This document shows positions 50,767-59,364 of a DNA stretch of 64,000 nucleotides, piece by piece. The stretch's first letter is position 1. Each line of letters opens with the position of its first letter. The translations under genes were made by a program, and so were the position numbers. Under the pieces are notes generated by a model that worked only from the letters and a program-made list of their open reading frames with translations, searched no databases and was not told the origin of the DNA. Source of the stretch: an uncultured Leptospirales bacterium (lineage in GTDB: Bacteria > Spirochaetota > UBA4802 > UBA5368); contig CAZUXY010000019.1 of NCBI GenBank assembly GCA_964624235.1, positions 1,280-65,279 on the forward strand, in the 5' to 3' direction.

Positions 50767-51780
50767 TCAGCTGATGTCAACCGCATTACGCGCCGCCAGC
50801 CGGTACACATCACCGGTGGTTTTGAACGCCGCCGCGGACGCATAGCCGGTAACGGTTTTCAGTATATTCGAATAGAATGACGGCCGTCCGGCCATCAGGT
50901 GCGGATGCACATTGAGCACCATTACACCCTGCAGGGCGACGGTGTCCTCCACAAATCTACGGAGCGATCCCATGACCGCGGATTCAGGCACCGCGGCGTC
51001 CCTTAGATAATTGTCGTCCTGTATCATCAGAGGGATCTCCCACATGCCGAATTTTTCATAATAAAAGGGATAGGGTATTCTCACGCTGGTGTATATTGCG
51101 GAACCGATCTGCAGGGATGAATCGTATTTTAGCCCGGTTTCCGCCGCGGCGCGAAAAAAGTTTGCGCTCCTGGAAAGCGCCGGAGTCCGCGTGCCGACGA
51201 CCTCATGCTCCCGGAGCCGTTCAATCGCTTTCGCCATCTTTCGCTTCATGAACGGAACGGAACGAAAGGAAAATCCCTGGTCGTGACGGTAGCCGTGCAG
51301 CCCGATCTCGAAACCGTGCTCCGACAGGTACCGGAGGTCCCGTTCGTCGATGGCGTAGTTGTCATGCGTGAGCAGGTTGAAGGTCGACGGGACCCCGGCT
51401 TCCATGTCCATGGAGGCCATGGTGCGTACAAAACCGTATCCCTCATCGTTGTCGACATCGTGAGAAAGGCAGATCACCGCCTTTTTACCCCACCACGGCC
51501 GCGATCGCAATCGCCCCACCCTTGCGGCGATGAGGCGGTTCTCGGGGAAATCCAGCGGGTAATGCAGCCTTAGTCCCCTGGAAGGGTTTCTCAGTTTCTT
51601 CGCGATATCGGTGATGAAATACCGCGCTCCGGTGGGCAGGTAATTAAGCACGGGGGCGACGTATTTACGCAGGTATTTCTCTTTCAGGGAGGAGGAATAA
51701 TCATGAAAGAGCGCATGTATATCAATACGCTCCTCCATGATAACGCGGTACTGCGCACTGAGGTTCCCGGGAACCCTCAT
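50767..51780 (-). CDS. polysaccharide deacetylase family protein (NodB/CE4-like)
   Basis: VICLSHDVDND motif and His-rich motifs (GLHGYRHD, LNVHPHLM) typical of CE4-like deacetylases, the family that includes ArnD and PgaB. Confidence 0.65.
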   Translation of the reverse strand: MRVPGNLSAQYRVIMEERIDIHALFHDYSSSLKEKYLRKYVAPVLNYLPTGARYFITDIAKKLRNPSRGLRLHYPLDFPENRLIAARVGRLRSRPWWGKKAVICLSHDVDNDEGYGFVRTMASMDMEAGVPSTFNLLTHDNYAIDERDLRYLSEHGFEIGLHGYRHDQGFSFRSVPFMKRKMAKAIERLREHEVVGTRTPALSRSANFFRAAAETGLKYDSSLQIGSAIYTSVRIPYPFYYEKFGMWEIPLMIQDDNYLRDAAVPESAVMGSLRRFVEDTVALQGVMVLNVHPHLMAGRPSFYSNILKTVTGYASAAAFKTTGDVYRLAARNAVDIS

Positions 51781-51795
51781 AATCCCCGTTAACGC

Positions 51796-52752
51796 CTATT
51801 TCCCTTCCTGCATGTCGAAGAACATGGCGAAGAGGAGAAACTGGAAACCGCTGATGAGCATCAGGGCCACCAGTATGCTCATGGAGGGAGTCACGTGGGT
51901 ATCGCCCAGGAAAAACTTGTCGATGATCAGGTATATCCCCAGGGCAAGCCCGAGGGGTATCAGCAGTATGGACAGGTAATAGAAAAATACCAGCGGATGA
52001 AAATCCAGGTAGAGATACTTGAAATTCAAACGCCAGAAGAACATTCTCAGGTACATGGGGGCGTTTTTCAGGGCGTAATTGAGTCCCTTGATCTGGGACT
52101 GGCGTTCCCCTTCCAGGTAGATGGCGGTGCGCGGAACGTCCATCATCTTGAATCCGTACGCGTTCAGCCGGGCAAGAAAATCGATGTTGTAGCTGTACTT
52201 CCGCCACGCCTTTTCCCAGTTGATGGTATCCACCGCCCGCTTGGATATGGCGGTATACCCGTCGACTATGTCAGAAACCTTATAGTAACCGGTGGCGATC
52301 TTCCCCAGGGCGGTGATTATCCAGTTCCCGTAAAAACGTATTCTGGGCATCTTCTTAATGGTTTTTTCGAACTGTCCCAGCATGAAACGGTTACCCTTGG
52401 TATAGTCGGCCTTTCCGTCGATAATGGGGTCCAGCAGATTGGTGACCTCGTTCAGGGGCATCTGGTTGTCCCCGCCGACCACCACTATTACATCGTATCC
52501 GTCTTTGCTGGCCTGCAGGTATCCCGTGATGATGGACCCGCCGCACCCCTGGTTCACCTCGTGCTTCAGCAGGGTAACCCGTTTGTCCTTTTTGGCGCGG
52601 CCGAGGATGACCTCGTTCTGCCTGTCAGGGCTCTTATCGTCTACGACATATATGCGGTCGATCAGTCTGGGCGCGCCGTCGATGGTGGGTCCGATCAGAC
52701 GTTCCTCGTTGTAGGCGGGGACGACCAGGGCTATTTTTTTCTTGCGATACAT
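51796..52752 (-). CDS. family 2 glycosyltransferase, polyprenol-phosphate sugar synthase type with C-terminal TM helices
   Basis: ALVVPAYNEERLI, VVDDKSPD and VVGGDNQMP motifs; C-terminal transmembrane helices. Confidence 0.8.
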   Translation of the reverse strand: MYRKKKIALVVPAYNEERLIGPTIDGAPRLIDRIYVVDDKSPDRQNEVILGRAKKDKRVTLLKHEVNQGCGGSIITGYLQASKDGYDVIVVVGGDNQMPLNEVTNLLDPIIDGKADYTKGNRFMLGQFEKTIKKMPRIRFYGNWIITALGKIATGYYKVSDIVDGYTAISKRAVDTINWEKAWRKYSYNIDFLARLNAYGFKMMDVPRTAIYLEGERQSQIKGLNYALKNAPMYLRMFFWRLNFKYLYLDFHPLVFFYYLSILLIPLGLALGIYLIIDKFFLGDTHVTPSMSILVALMLISGFQFLLFAMFFDMQEGK

Positions 52753-52772
52753 TTGCGTGCTCCGGTAATGTC

Positions 52773-53873
52773 TTATTTCGCCGTCGTGTTGACGATGTCG
52801 GCGATGAAATTTATCTCCTCATCGGTGATCTCGGGGAAGATGGGGAGGGCGATAACCCTGCCCGCCAGCGCTTCCGCGACCGGCAGGTCCCCGCGTTTGT
52901 ATCCCAGGTACGAAAACGCCGGCTGCAGATGCAGCGGGACGGGATACTGGTTGCGCACGTCGACCTCCTTTTTTTTCAGGGCCGCCATCACCTCGTCCCG
53001 GTTGTCGACCTGTATCACATAGAGGTGATAGACGTGTTCGCACCCGTCGGCGACCTTCGGGGTCACCACCCGCGCGTTGCCGCGGAACAGTACATTATAT
53101 TTTTCCGCGTTTTCCTGACGTTTTCTTGTCCATTCCTCGATATACTTCAGCTTCACCGAGAGTATGGCCGCCTGTATGCCGTCGATCCTGAGGTTGTACC
53201 CCACGACATCGTGCTCGTAGTTGTTCAGCCGGCCGTGATCGAAGATCTTCGTGGCCAGGGTATAGAGCTTTTCATCCGCCGTCGCTACGGCGCCCGCGTC
53301 CCCGTAGGCGCCCAGGTTCTTCCCGGGGTTGAAACTGAAGGCGTTGATGTCGCCGAAAGTACCGACAAACCTGCCCTTGTATTTCGCGAAACAGGCGTGC
53401 GCGCAGTCCTCAAGCACCTTCAGGTTATGTTTCTTCGCGATTTTCATCAACGCGTCCATGTCGGCGGGATTGCCGTACAGGTGGACAGGGACGATCGCCT
53501 TCGTTTTTTCCGTTACCGCCTTTTCTACCTTTGCGGGATCGATGTTGTACGTCACGGGGTCGATATCCACCAGCACCGGTTTCGCTTTCAGGTGATGAAT
53601 GGGTTCGGCGGTGGCGATAAACGTATGGGTGGTGGTGATCACCTCGTCCCCGGGCTGGAACCCCAGAGCGTTGGCCGCTATGACCAGCGCCGTGCTCCCG
53701 CTGGAACACCCGATCACGTGTGTGAGACCGTGCAGCTTCGCGTACTCTCCCTCGAAGATCTTCGCGTATTTGCCCTGCACAAAGGCTTTCGACCTGATCA
53801 CCTCGTCGATGCTCTGCTGTATGCCGGTTTTGATCTGTTCGTACTGTCGGTTTAAATCTACAAATGGAATCAT
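52773..53873 (-). CDS. DegT/DnrJ/EryC1/StrS-family sugar aminotransferase (WbpE/ArnB/PglE-like)
   Basis: Pattern typical of PLP-dependent nucleotide-sugar aminotransferases, with the PLP-lysine in FSFNPGKNLGAYGDAGAV; 366 aa. Confidence 0.85.
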   Translation of the reverse strand: MIPFVDLNRQYEQIKTGIQQSIDEVIRSKAFVQGKYAKIFEGEYAKLHGLTHVIGCSSGSTALVIAANALGFQPGDEVITTTHTFIATAEPIHHLKAKPVLVDIDPVTYNIDPAKVEKAVTEKTKAIVPVHLYGNPADMDALMKIAKKHNLKVLEDCAHACFAKYKGRFVGTFGDINAFSFNPGKNLGAYGDAGAVATADEKLYTLATKIFDHGRLNNYEHDVVGYNLRIDGIQAAILSVKLKYIEEWTRKRQENAEKYNVLFRGNARVVTPKVADGCEHVYHLYVIQVDNRDEVMAALKKKEVDVRNQYPVPLHLQPAFSYLGYKRGDLPVAEALAGRVIALPIFPEITDEEINFIADIVNTTAK

Positions 53874-53884
53874 TTCACGCCTCG

Positions 53885-54496
53885 TTAGTAGTGTATCTCA
53901 CGTATGAATTTCGCCGGATAACCGGCGTATATGGCGCCCCCGTCGACGTCGGCAACGACCACGCTGCCCGCACCGACCAGGGCCCCCTCCCCCACCGTCA
54001 CTCCGGGTATCAGGGTGACGTTTGCGCCTATTTTCGCCTTCTTCTTTACCGTGACGGGTTTGAGCTTCTTCCTGCCCTTAGGTGACTGCGGATAGGGATC
54101 GTTGGTCACCACCACGTTGGGTCCGATCCAGCATCCTTCCTCAAGGACCGTGTATTCCGGGATAAAAACCATTGAGTGTACCCGCACCCCCGTGCCGATT
54201 AGCACATGGTGTTCAATCACGCTGTGGGTGCCGATGCTGACATTGTCGCCGATTGTATTGAGCTCCCGTATGTTCGCCTTGTGCCCGGTCATGAAGTTGT
54301 TCCCGATCGCGTTGCCGGCATAAATGACCGTATGGGAACGTATCACCGCGTTGTCGCCGATCACCGTCGGCTCGTCCGTGTAGCCGGCAAAAGGACAACC
54401 GATGATGCAGTAGTCCTCGACAACACAATTCTTCCCGAAACGTACATTCGGATGGATGACGGCGGTCTTCGCGATCACTGCAGTCCCAGCCGGCAT
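53885..54496 (-). CDS. hexapeptide-repeat (left-handed beta-helix) sugar N-acetyltransferase (WbpD/PglD-like)
   Basis: Repeated [LIV]GxxxxI hexapeptides throughout (VIGDNAVI, IGDNVSIG, IGANVTLIPGVTVG). Confidence 0.8.
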   Translation of the reverse strand: MPAGTAVIAKTAVIHPNVRFGKNCVVEDYCIIGCPFAGYTDEPTVIGDNAVIRSHTVIYAGNAIGNNFMTGHKANIRELNTIGDNVSIGTHSVIEHHVLIGTGVRVHSMVFIPEYTVLEEGCWIGPNVVVTNDPYPQSPKGRKKLKPVTVKKKAKIGANVTLIPGVTVGEGALVGAGSVVVADVDGGAIYAGYPAKFIREIHY

Positions 54497-55539
54497 TTCT
54501 GCGGCTTGAAGCGCAGAAACACCTCTTTGCCCGTTTCGATTGATTCGTAAATCGCCGAGATCAGTTCCAGACTCTTTCTGCCTTCCAGACCGTCCACCAG
54601 GGCCTTTTTATTGTTGAGGATGCTGTCGACCACGTTTTCGTAGTATTCCTGGTGCCCGAAACCGTAGACGTTGGGGGGGTTGACCGAATATTTTTTCAAT
54701 ACGTCGGCGTCGTCATCCCGTGGTTCAAGGAAGTTCCATATCTTCATCTCGTTGACCGCGAACCCTCCGATCTCCACCGTGCCGCGCTCACCCAGTATGG
54801 AAAGAGAACCTTCAAGGTCCTTCGGCCGCGCCGCGGTGGTCGCCTCGATGATACCCAGGGCGCCGTTACGGAATTTCAGTACGGCGATTCCCGTGTCCTC
54901 GGTCTCGACCTTTACCAGCGCCGTCGCGCTCTTGGCGAATACCGAGTCGACATCGCCCATCATCCACTCCAGCAGGTCGACGTGATGGCTGGCCTGGTTG
55001 GCGAAAACGCCCCCGTCCAGCGCCCAGGTGCCGCGCCACGCGTCCTGGTCGTAATAATCCTGCCTGCGGCACCATCGTACCCTCACTGTTCCCAGCACCA
55101 GTTTGCCGAACCTTCCCTGCTCAAGGGAGTCTCTCAGTTTCTGTACGGGCACGTTGTACCGGTTCTGCTTTATGACGAAAAGTTTGATCTGGTTCCCGTC
55201 GCAGGCCTTGATCATGGCATCGGCGTCGTCGAGCGTGAGGGCCATCGGTTTTTCAACGACGATATGTTTCCGGTACTTGACCAGGTTGAGCACATGCCGC
55301 GCGTGCATGCCGCTGGGGGTAAGGACCGACACCGCGTCGATCTTTTTTTCCTTTTCCATCATCTGGTCCATGTCGGTGTACCACGGAACGTCGAACAGTC
55401 CGCCGAACTCCTGGGCTCTTTCCTTAACCACGTCACAGACCGCCGCCAGGCGGGCGTTCTTGACCGATCCGCTGTGCAAGAGTTCCGCGTGGCGTTTCCT
55501 CGCGATCCTGCCGCATCCTACGAGTGCGAAATTAAGCAT
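54475..55539 (-). CDS. Gfo/Idh/MocA-family NAD-dependent sugar oxidoreductase (WbpB-like)
   Basis: N-terminal Rossmann motif ALVGCGRIARKRH and the EKPMALTLDDA motif. AAGAGG ribosome-binding site 8 nt upstream. 3' end overlaps the acetyltransferase start by 22 nt. Confidence 0.85.
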   Translation of the reverse strand: MLNFALVGCGRIARKRHAELLHSGSVKNARLAAVCDVVKERAQEFGGLFDVPWYTDMDQMMEKEKKIDAVSVLTPSGMHARHVLNLVKYRKHIVVEKPMALTLDDADAMIKACDGNQIKLFVIKQNRYNVPVQKLRDSLEQGRFGKLVLGTVRVRWCRRQDYYDQDAWRGTWALDGGVFANQASHHVDLLEWMMGDVDSVFAKSATALVKVETEDTGIAVLKFRNGALGIIEATTAARPKDLEGSLSILGERGTVEIGGFAVNEMKIWNFLEPRDDDADVLKKYSVNPPNVYGFGHQEYYENVVDSILNNKKALVDGLEGRKSLELISAIYESIETGKEVFLRFKPQKCRLGLQ

Positions 55540-55723
55540 TGAATACCTCTTTGTTTAGAAAAATAACTTAGATGACCACCAGCCCGTTTTTTTTTCAATT
55601 ACATTTTCATTTAACCGGCTGAAGGAATCCACACAACACATTTTTCATGTTTACTATTCATTCTGCCCTGAGAGGGAACCATAATCCCGGTTACAATAGA
55701 CACTTTGTTTCGGAACGGATTTG

Positions 55724-57433
55724 CTATGGAATAAAGCGGTACATATAGCTCTTAATGCCACCCCTGGTTTCAAACGCGGCAACCGGTTTGAAGTGCCCGG
55801 TGTCTTTACCCTTTTCCCGTACCAGAAGGAGCAACGGGGCTTTCTTGTCAATCGCATTCTTGTCGTTCACCCGCAGCCGACGGATATAAAAATCATCTAT
55901 AAAAATATAGTCCGCTCCCAATCCCCTGAGTTCCCTGACCAGTGAATCGAGGTCTTTGCTCCTTAACGATGCCGTGGGTATAAAACTGTCTCTATCGAGG
56001 CGGGCGTAATAGGCCGTAACCGGTACCTCGGTAATGAGCAGTTTTTCTCCCTGTGTGTAATGCTCCCTGAACCAGATTCCGGCTTTCTTGAACTCCACAC
56101 GTCGCAGGCTGTAATGGTCCATGGCCTTTAATCCATACACCACTGAAAAATTAATGATCACGCCGCAACAGAGCACCAGTAAAATTCGCGCGGAAAGATT
56201 TTTCAATTCGATACCGTTCCGCACGAGCCACAGGGCCGCCAGGGTAAACAGAACCGCGAATATCCAGTGGCCCGCGCTCCCACGCAGCCAGAGCAGATAC
56301 CATCCTGTAATATACGCAACAACGGCGACGGCTGAAAGAGAGTAAACCGCACGCCTTGTCCATACTAACGATAAAGAACCTGTTTTACGAAGCAGCCACG
56401 GGTAAAGCCCCTCTGAAAGTCCGTAGAAAAGAAAAAGAAACCATGCCCAAAGCAGGGGCATTACATAGCGTTCCTTCGTATTCTGATATACCATATGTAC
56501 AATCACAAAGCCCGCCACAAACACCATGACCGGCGCGGCTTCATGCCGGTGCCGGCGAACCAGGAGCACCACCCCCCAGGTTATGGCGGTAATGATGAAA
56601 ATACCCGTTAGCAGCGCAAAAACGTAAGCGGGCAGCTGCACCGCCAGGCTTTTCGAAAAATACGCGTCCGTGCCCATCCAGGCCATGTACCCCGATATCG
56701 TGAGGATGGTATCGACCAGATATTCATAGGTACAGGGTCCCCGGCCGGCGATTTCCTTTACATATACGTTGCCATACCACATGCTCGCCACAAAGAGCGC
56801 CACCGCTCCGGTCGACGCCAGGCCTCCGAGGACCATCGATACAACCCGTTTTTTGTGGAAGAAGAAATCCCTGAACATGGCCGCCGGAACGGCGAACACC
56901 GAGTCCCACTTAGTTGAAGCGGCGAAGAAGGAGGTGAAATATGCCCATCTGGAGTTTTTTAATGTTAAATATATGGTGAGGACTATCAGCAGGCTCAACA
57001 GCATTTCCAGTTCGGAGTTCACGGCGGTATACACGGTAAAAATATTAAGTCCCAGGAAAAGCACGGCGAACATGCCGGTCCATCGCGATAAAAACCGCCG
57101 GTAGATCAAAAAGGTGATGATCACATAAGGGACATACAGGCATATATTTAAGAGCATCGCCGTCAGATATACTTTGTCGTGTGCGGAAAAGGGATTAATA
57201 AGGGTAAAGAAAGCGAGCACCATGTGGTAAACCGGCATAAAACCATGGGGGTTGTGGAGGGGAGCATCCCCTTTGAGCCAGCCCAGGGCCAGCACGCGAT
57301 GCTGACCGATAAAGTCTGCGGTGGGTGTCTCAAAATAGTTGAAGTAGAAAAGCGCGTAGCCGAAGACAAGAACAAGGACCATGAACGCACCATGTAAACT
57401 TTTTTTAATTTCGATCCCGCGTTCAGCTTTCAC
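55724..57433 (-). CDS. GT-C fold membrane glycosyltransferase (ArnT/PMT/GT39-83-like), paralogue 1
   Basis: 569 aa with about 11 transmembrane helices in the N-terminal two-thirds and a C-terminal soluble domain. ArnT/PMT-like layout; the 5' end overlaps the upstream paralogue by 4 nt. Confidence 0.6.
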   Translation of the reverse strand: MKAERGIEIKKSLHGAFMVLVLVFGYALFYFNYFETPTADFIGQHRVLALGWLKGDAPLHNPHGFMPVYHMVLAFFTLINPFSAHDKVYLTAMLLNICLYVPYVIITFLIYRRFLSRWTGMFAVLFLGLNIFTVYTAVNSELEMLLSLLIVLTIYLTLKNSRWAYFTSFFAASTKWDSVFAVPAAMFRDFFFHKKRVVSMVLGGLASTGAVALFVASMWYGNVYVKEIAGRGPCTYEYLVDTILTISGYMAWMGTDAYFSKSLAVQLPAYVFALLTGIFIITAITWGVVLLVRRHRHEAAPVMVFVAGFVIVHMVYQNTKERYVMPLLWAWFLFLFYGLSEGLYPWLLRKTGSLSLVWTRRAVYSLSAVAVVAYITGWYLLWLRGSAGHWIFAVLFTLAALWLVRNGIELKNLSARILLVLCCGVIINFSVVYGLKAMDHYSLRRVEFKKAGIWFREHYTQGEKLLITEVPVTAYYARLDRDSFIPTASLRSKDLDSLVRELRGLGADYIFIDDFYIRRLRVNDKNAIDKKAPLLLLVREKGKDTGHFKPVAAFETRGGIKSYMYRFIP

Positions 57434-59160
57434 TTTTTTGTCTTTTCCAGGAGTATAAAATCTACAGGTCCGTTGCGGTCTTCCAGCACCTTACGCCAGC
57501 CCGGCAGGGGTTTCACCAGCCGCAGTCCTTTCTCAGTGTCCATGGTGAGATATTCTCCGAATATTCCTCTGACGGCCCGGTAGACTTCCTGATGGATGAG
57601 GTAATAGCGAATATTTGGATTTGAATTTATTAATTTATTAAAAGAATCTATATTCCTGAATTTATCGTGATGCAGTCTTCTGGATTCAAGACCAGGTTCC
57701 AGCAGCAGCCAGGTGTAATGATGCATTCCCTTGGTTAATATTTTATCGTTTTTAATTATATGCTTTTTTAAATACGCGTTTAGCTCTTGGTAGCCATCAT
57801 CGTAGCGATGGGTATGGCAGGGATGCGGGATGGTACGCATCATCGGATACATAACAATGAACACTGTCAGTATGAGTAACAGCGCTGTTTTCAGTAAACC
57901 TCCATAATGAACCGATGGGCGGTTCCGGAACACACTCCATTCGCTTTCCAACCACTGTTTTAAAATGACGATCACCCCCCCGGCGGCGAAGGCGATAAAA
58001 ATAACCGTTACCGGCAGCAAATACCGTCGGTTGGGGGAAGTGATGCTGTACCATGAAAGCGGCAGGTAAAAACCCAGCACCAGCAGAAGAATCAGGACCT
58101 TCTTTCTTCTGTCGAAACCCGACCGGATAAAACCCGGCACAGACAACGCTATCAGCACCAGCGACGTTACCGCGGCCGTTACCTTGCCGAATAATCCGGT
58201 GGTGTCGGGCAGCGACCATGGGACATAGTGCAGGGAAAAGGAATAGAGGGAATGGAGCAGTATCCTGAACTCCCGGGCGAGACCCCAGAAAAACCTGAAC
58301 AGGTTGTCTTTCAGGCTTTTTCGGAATATATCGAAAAAAGTTGCGGTCTGGTCGCCGCTCCAGTCGGCGTCCCAGGCGAGCATCTCAACGTTCATGTTGT
58401 AAAACGGGAACTTAAAAGCGACCGTGTTTCTTACCAGCAACGGTAAAGTGACTATCAGAAACAGAAACGCGAACAGCCATAGATATTTGTTTTTCAGCAG
58501 CTTCCAGAACCTGCCGCGCACATCATAGAGAAGAAACAACCCGAATCCGAAAGGTATGAAGAGACCGCTCGGTTTGGTCATGTAGGCCAGCCCGGTGAAT
58601 ACTCCCGCGACAGCCCAGTATTTCGGATCGTCAAGCCCGCGAATAATGCAGTAAAAAGCCATTGAGGTGAAAATAATAAGGAGGGTCTCGCACGAGACCA
58701 TGGTGGTCTGATGCATGAAAATATCATTGGCCGTCAGAAGGCATATCGACAGCAGCGCTGTTTCCACGTTACAGAGCTTTTTAATGATAAAATAAAATAC
58801 ATATACAAAGAAAAGCCCCAGCAACAGGTTCAGTATTTTTATTGCGATGAAGTAATCCACACTCCGTTCATAGAAAAAAGAAATGATAAATGGAAAGAGA
58901 GGATGCTGGTTTGTTTCCAGGAAGGTGCCGGTAAACATGGATTTGATAAATCCGATTACATTGCCCATCTGGAGTATCTGTTGCACGGTATTGATGAAAT
59001 ACGAGGTATCGGTTTCGCCGATTAAAGGGTGCTGCCCCAGGGAATAAATTCCGGTGAGCAGGTACACAACTCCTACCAGCACCAGGCAGGCAATCGTTAA
59101 AAAGTTACTGTATTTTTTCGCAATAGTGATCATTTTTATCGATGGTATCTTCATTTTCAT
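57430..59160 (-). CDS. GT-C fold membrane glycosyltransferase (ArnT-like), paralogue 2
   Basis: 576 aa. Clear paralogue of the gene at 59365-61074, sharing blocks NQHPLFPF, FMHQTTMVSCE, LAYMTKPSGLFIPFGFGLFLLYD, LPLLVRNT, LHSLY.FS.HYVP and LPLSWYSITSPNRRY. Confidence 0.65.
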   Translation of the reverse strand: MKMKIPSIKMITIAKKYSNFLTIACLVLVGVVYLLTGIYSLGQHPLIGETDTSYFINTVQQILQMGNVIGFIKSMFTGTFLETNQHPLFPFIISFFYERSVDYFIAIKILNLLLGLFFVYVFYFIIKKLCNVETALLSICLLTANDIFMHQTTMVSCETLLIIFTSMAFYCIIRGLDDPKYWAVAGVFTGLAYMTKPSGLFIPFGFGLFLLYDVRGRFWKLLKNKYLWLFAFLFLIVTLPLLVRNTVAFKFPFYNMNVEMLAWDADWSGDQTATFFDIFRKSLKDNLFRFFWGLAREFRILLHSLYSFSLHYVPWSLPDTTGLFGKVTAAVTSLVLIALSVPGFIRSGFDRRKKVLILLLVLGFYLPLSWYSITSPNRRYLLPVTVIFIAFAAGGVIVILKQWLESEWSVFRNRPSVHYGGLLKTALLLILTVFIVMYPMMRTIPHPCHTHRYDDGYQELNAYLKKHIIKNDKILTKGMHHYTWLLLEPGLESRRLHHDKFRNIDSFNKLINSNPNIRYYLIHQEVYRAVRGIFGEYLTMDTEKGLRLVKPLPGWRKVLEDRNGPVDFILLEKTKK

Positions 59161-59364
59161 AACAGGAAGTATTAAGGCAACCTCTATATATTAGATTGGT
59201 TCTATTATGTCTCCTCGAAAATTCAGGAGTTAAGATGACCGTATTACTAATTTTGTTAATTATTAGAAGTTCCCTTAATATTCTTTTTCATTAACTATTT
59301 TCGAATTATTTTTTAATAGTATATGTATAAGAAGTCGCAATGGAATACAACATACAGAAGGATT

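Noticed and set aside
54497-54519. 7-bp perfect inverted repeat (TTCTGCG...CGCAGAA) at the acetyltransferase start, inside the oxidoreductase 3' end.
   Set aside because: Could modulate translational coupling, but short palindromes of this size are expected by chance in 64 kb; it was not called as a feature.
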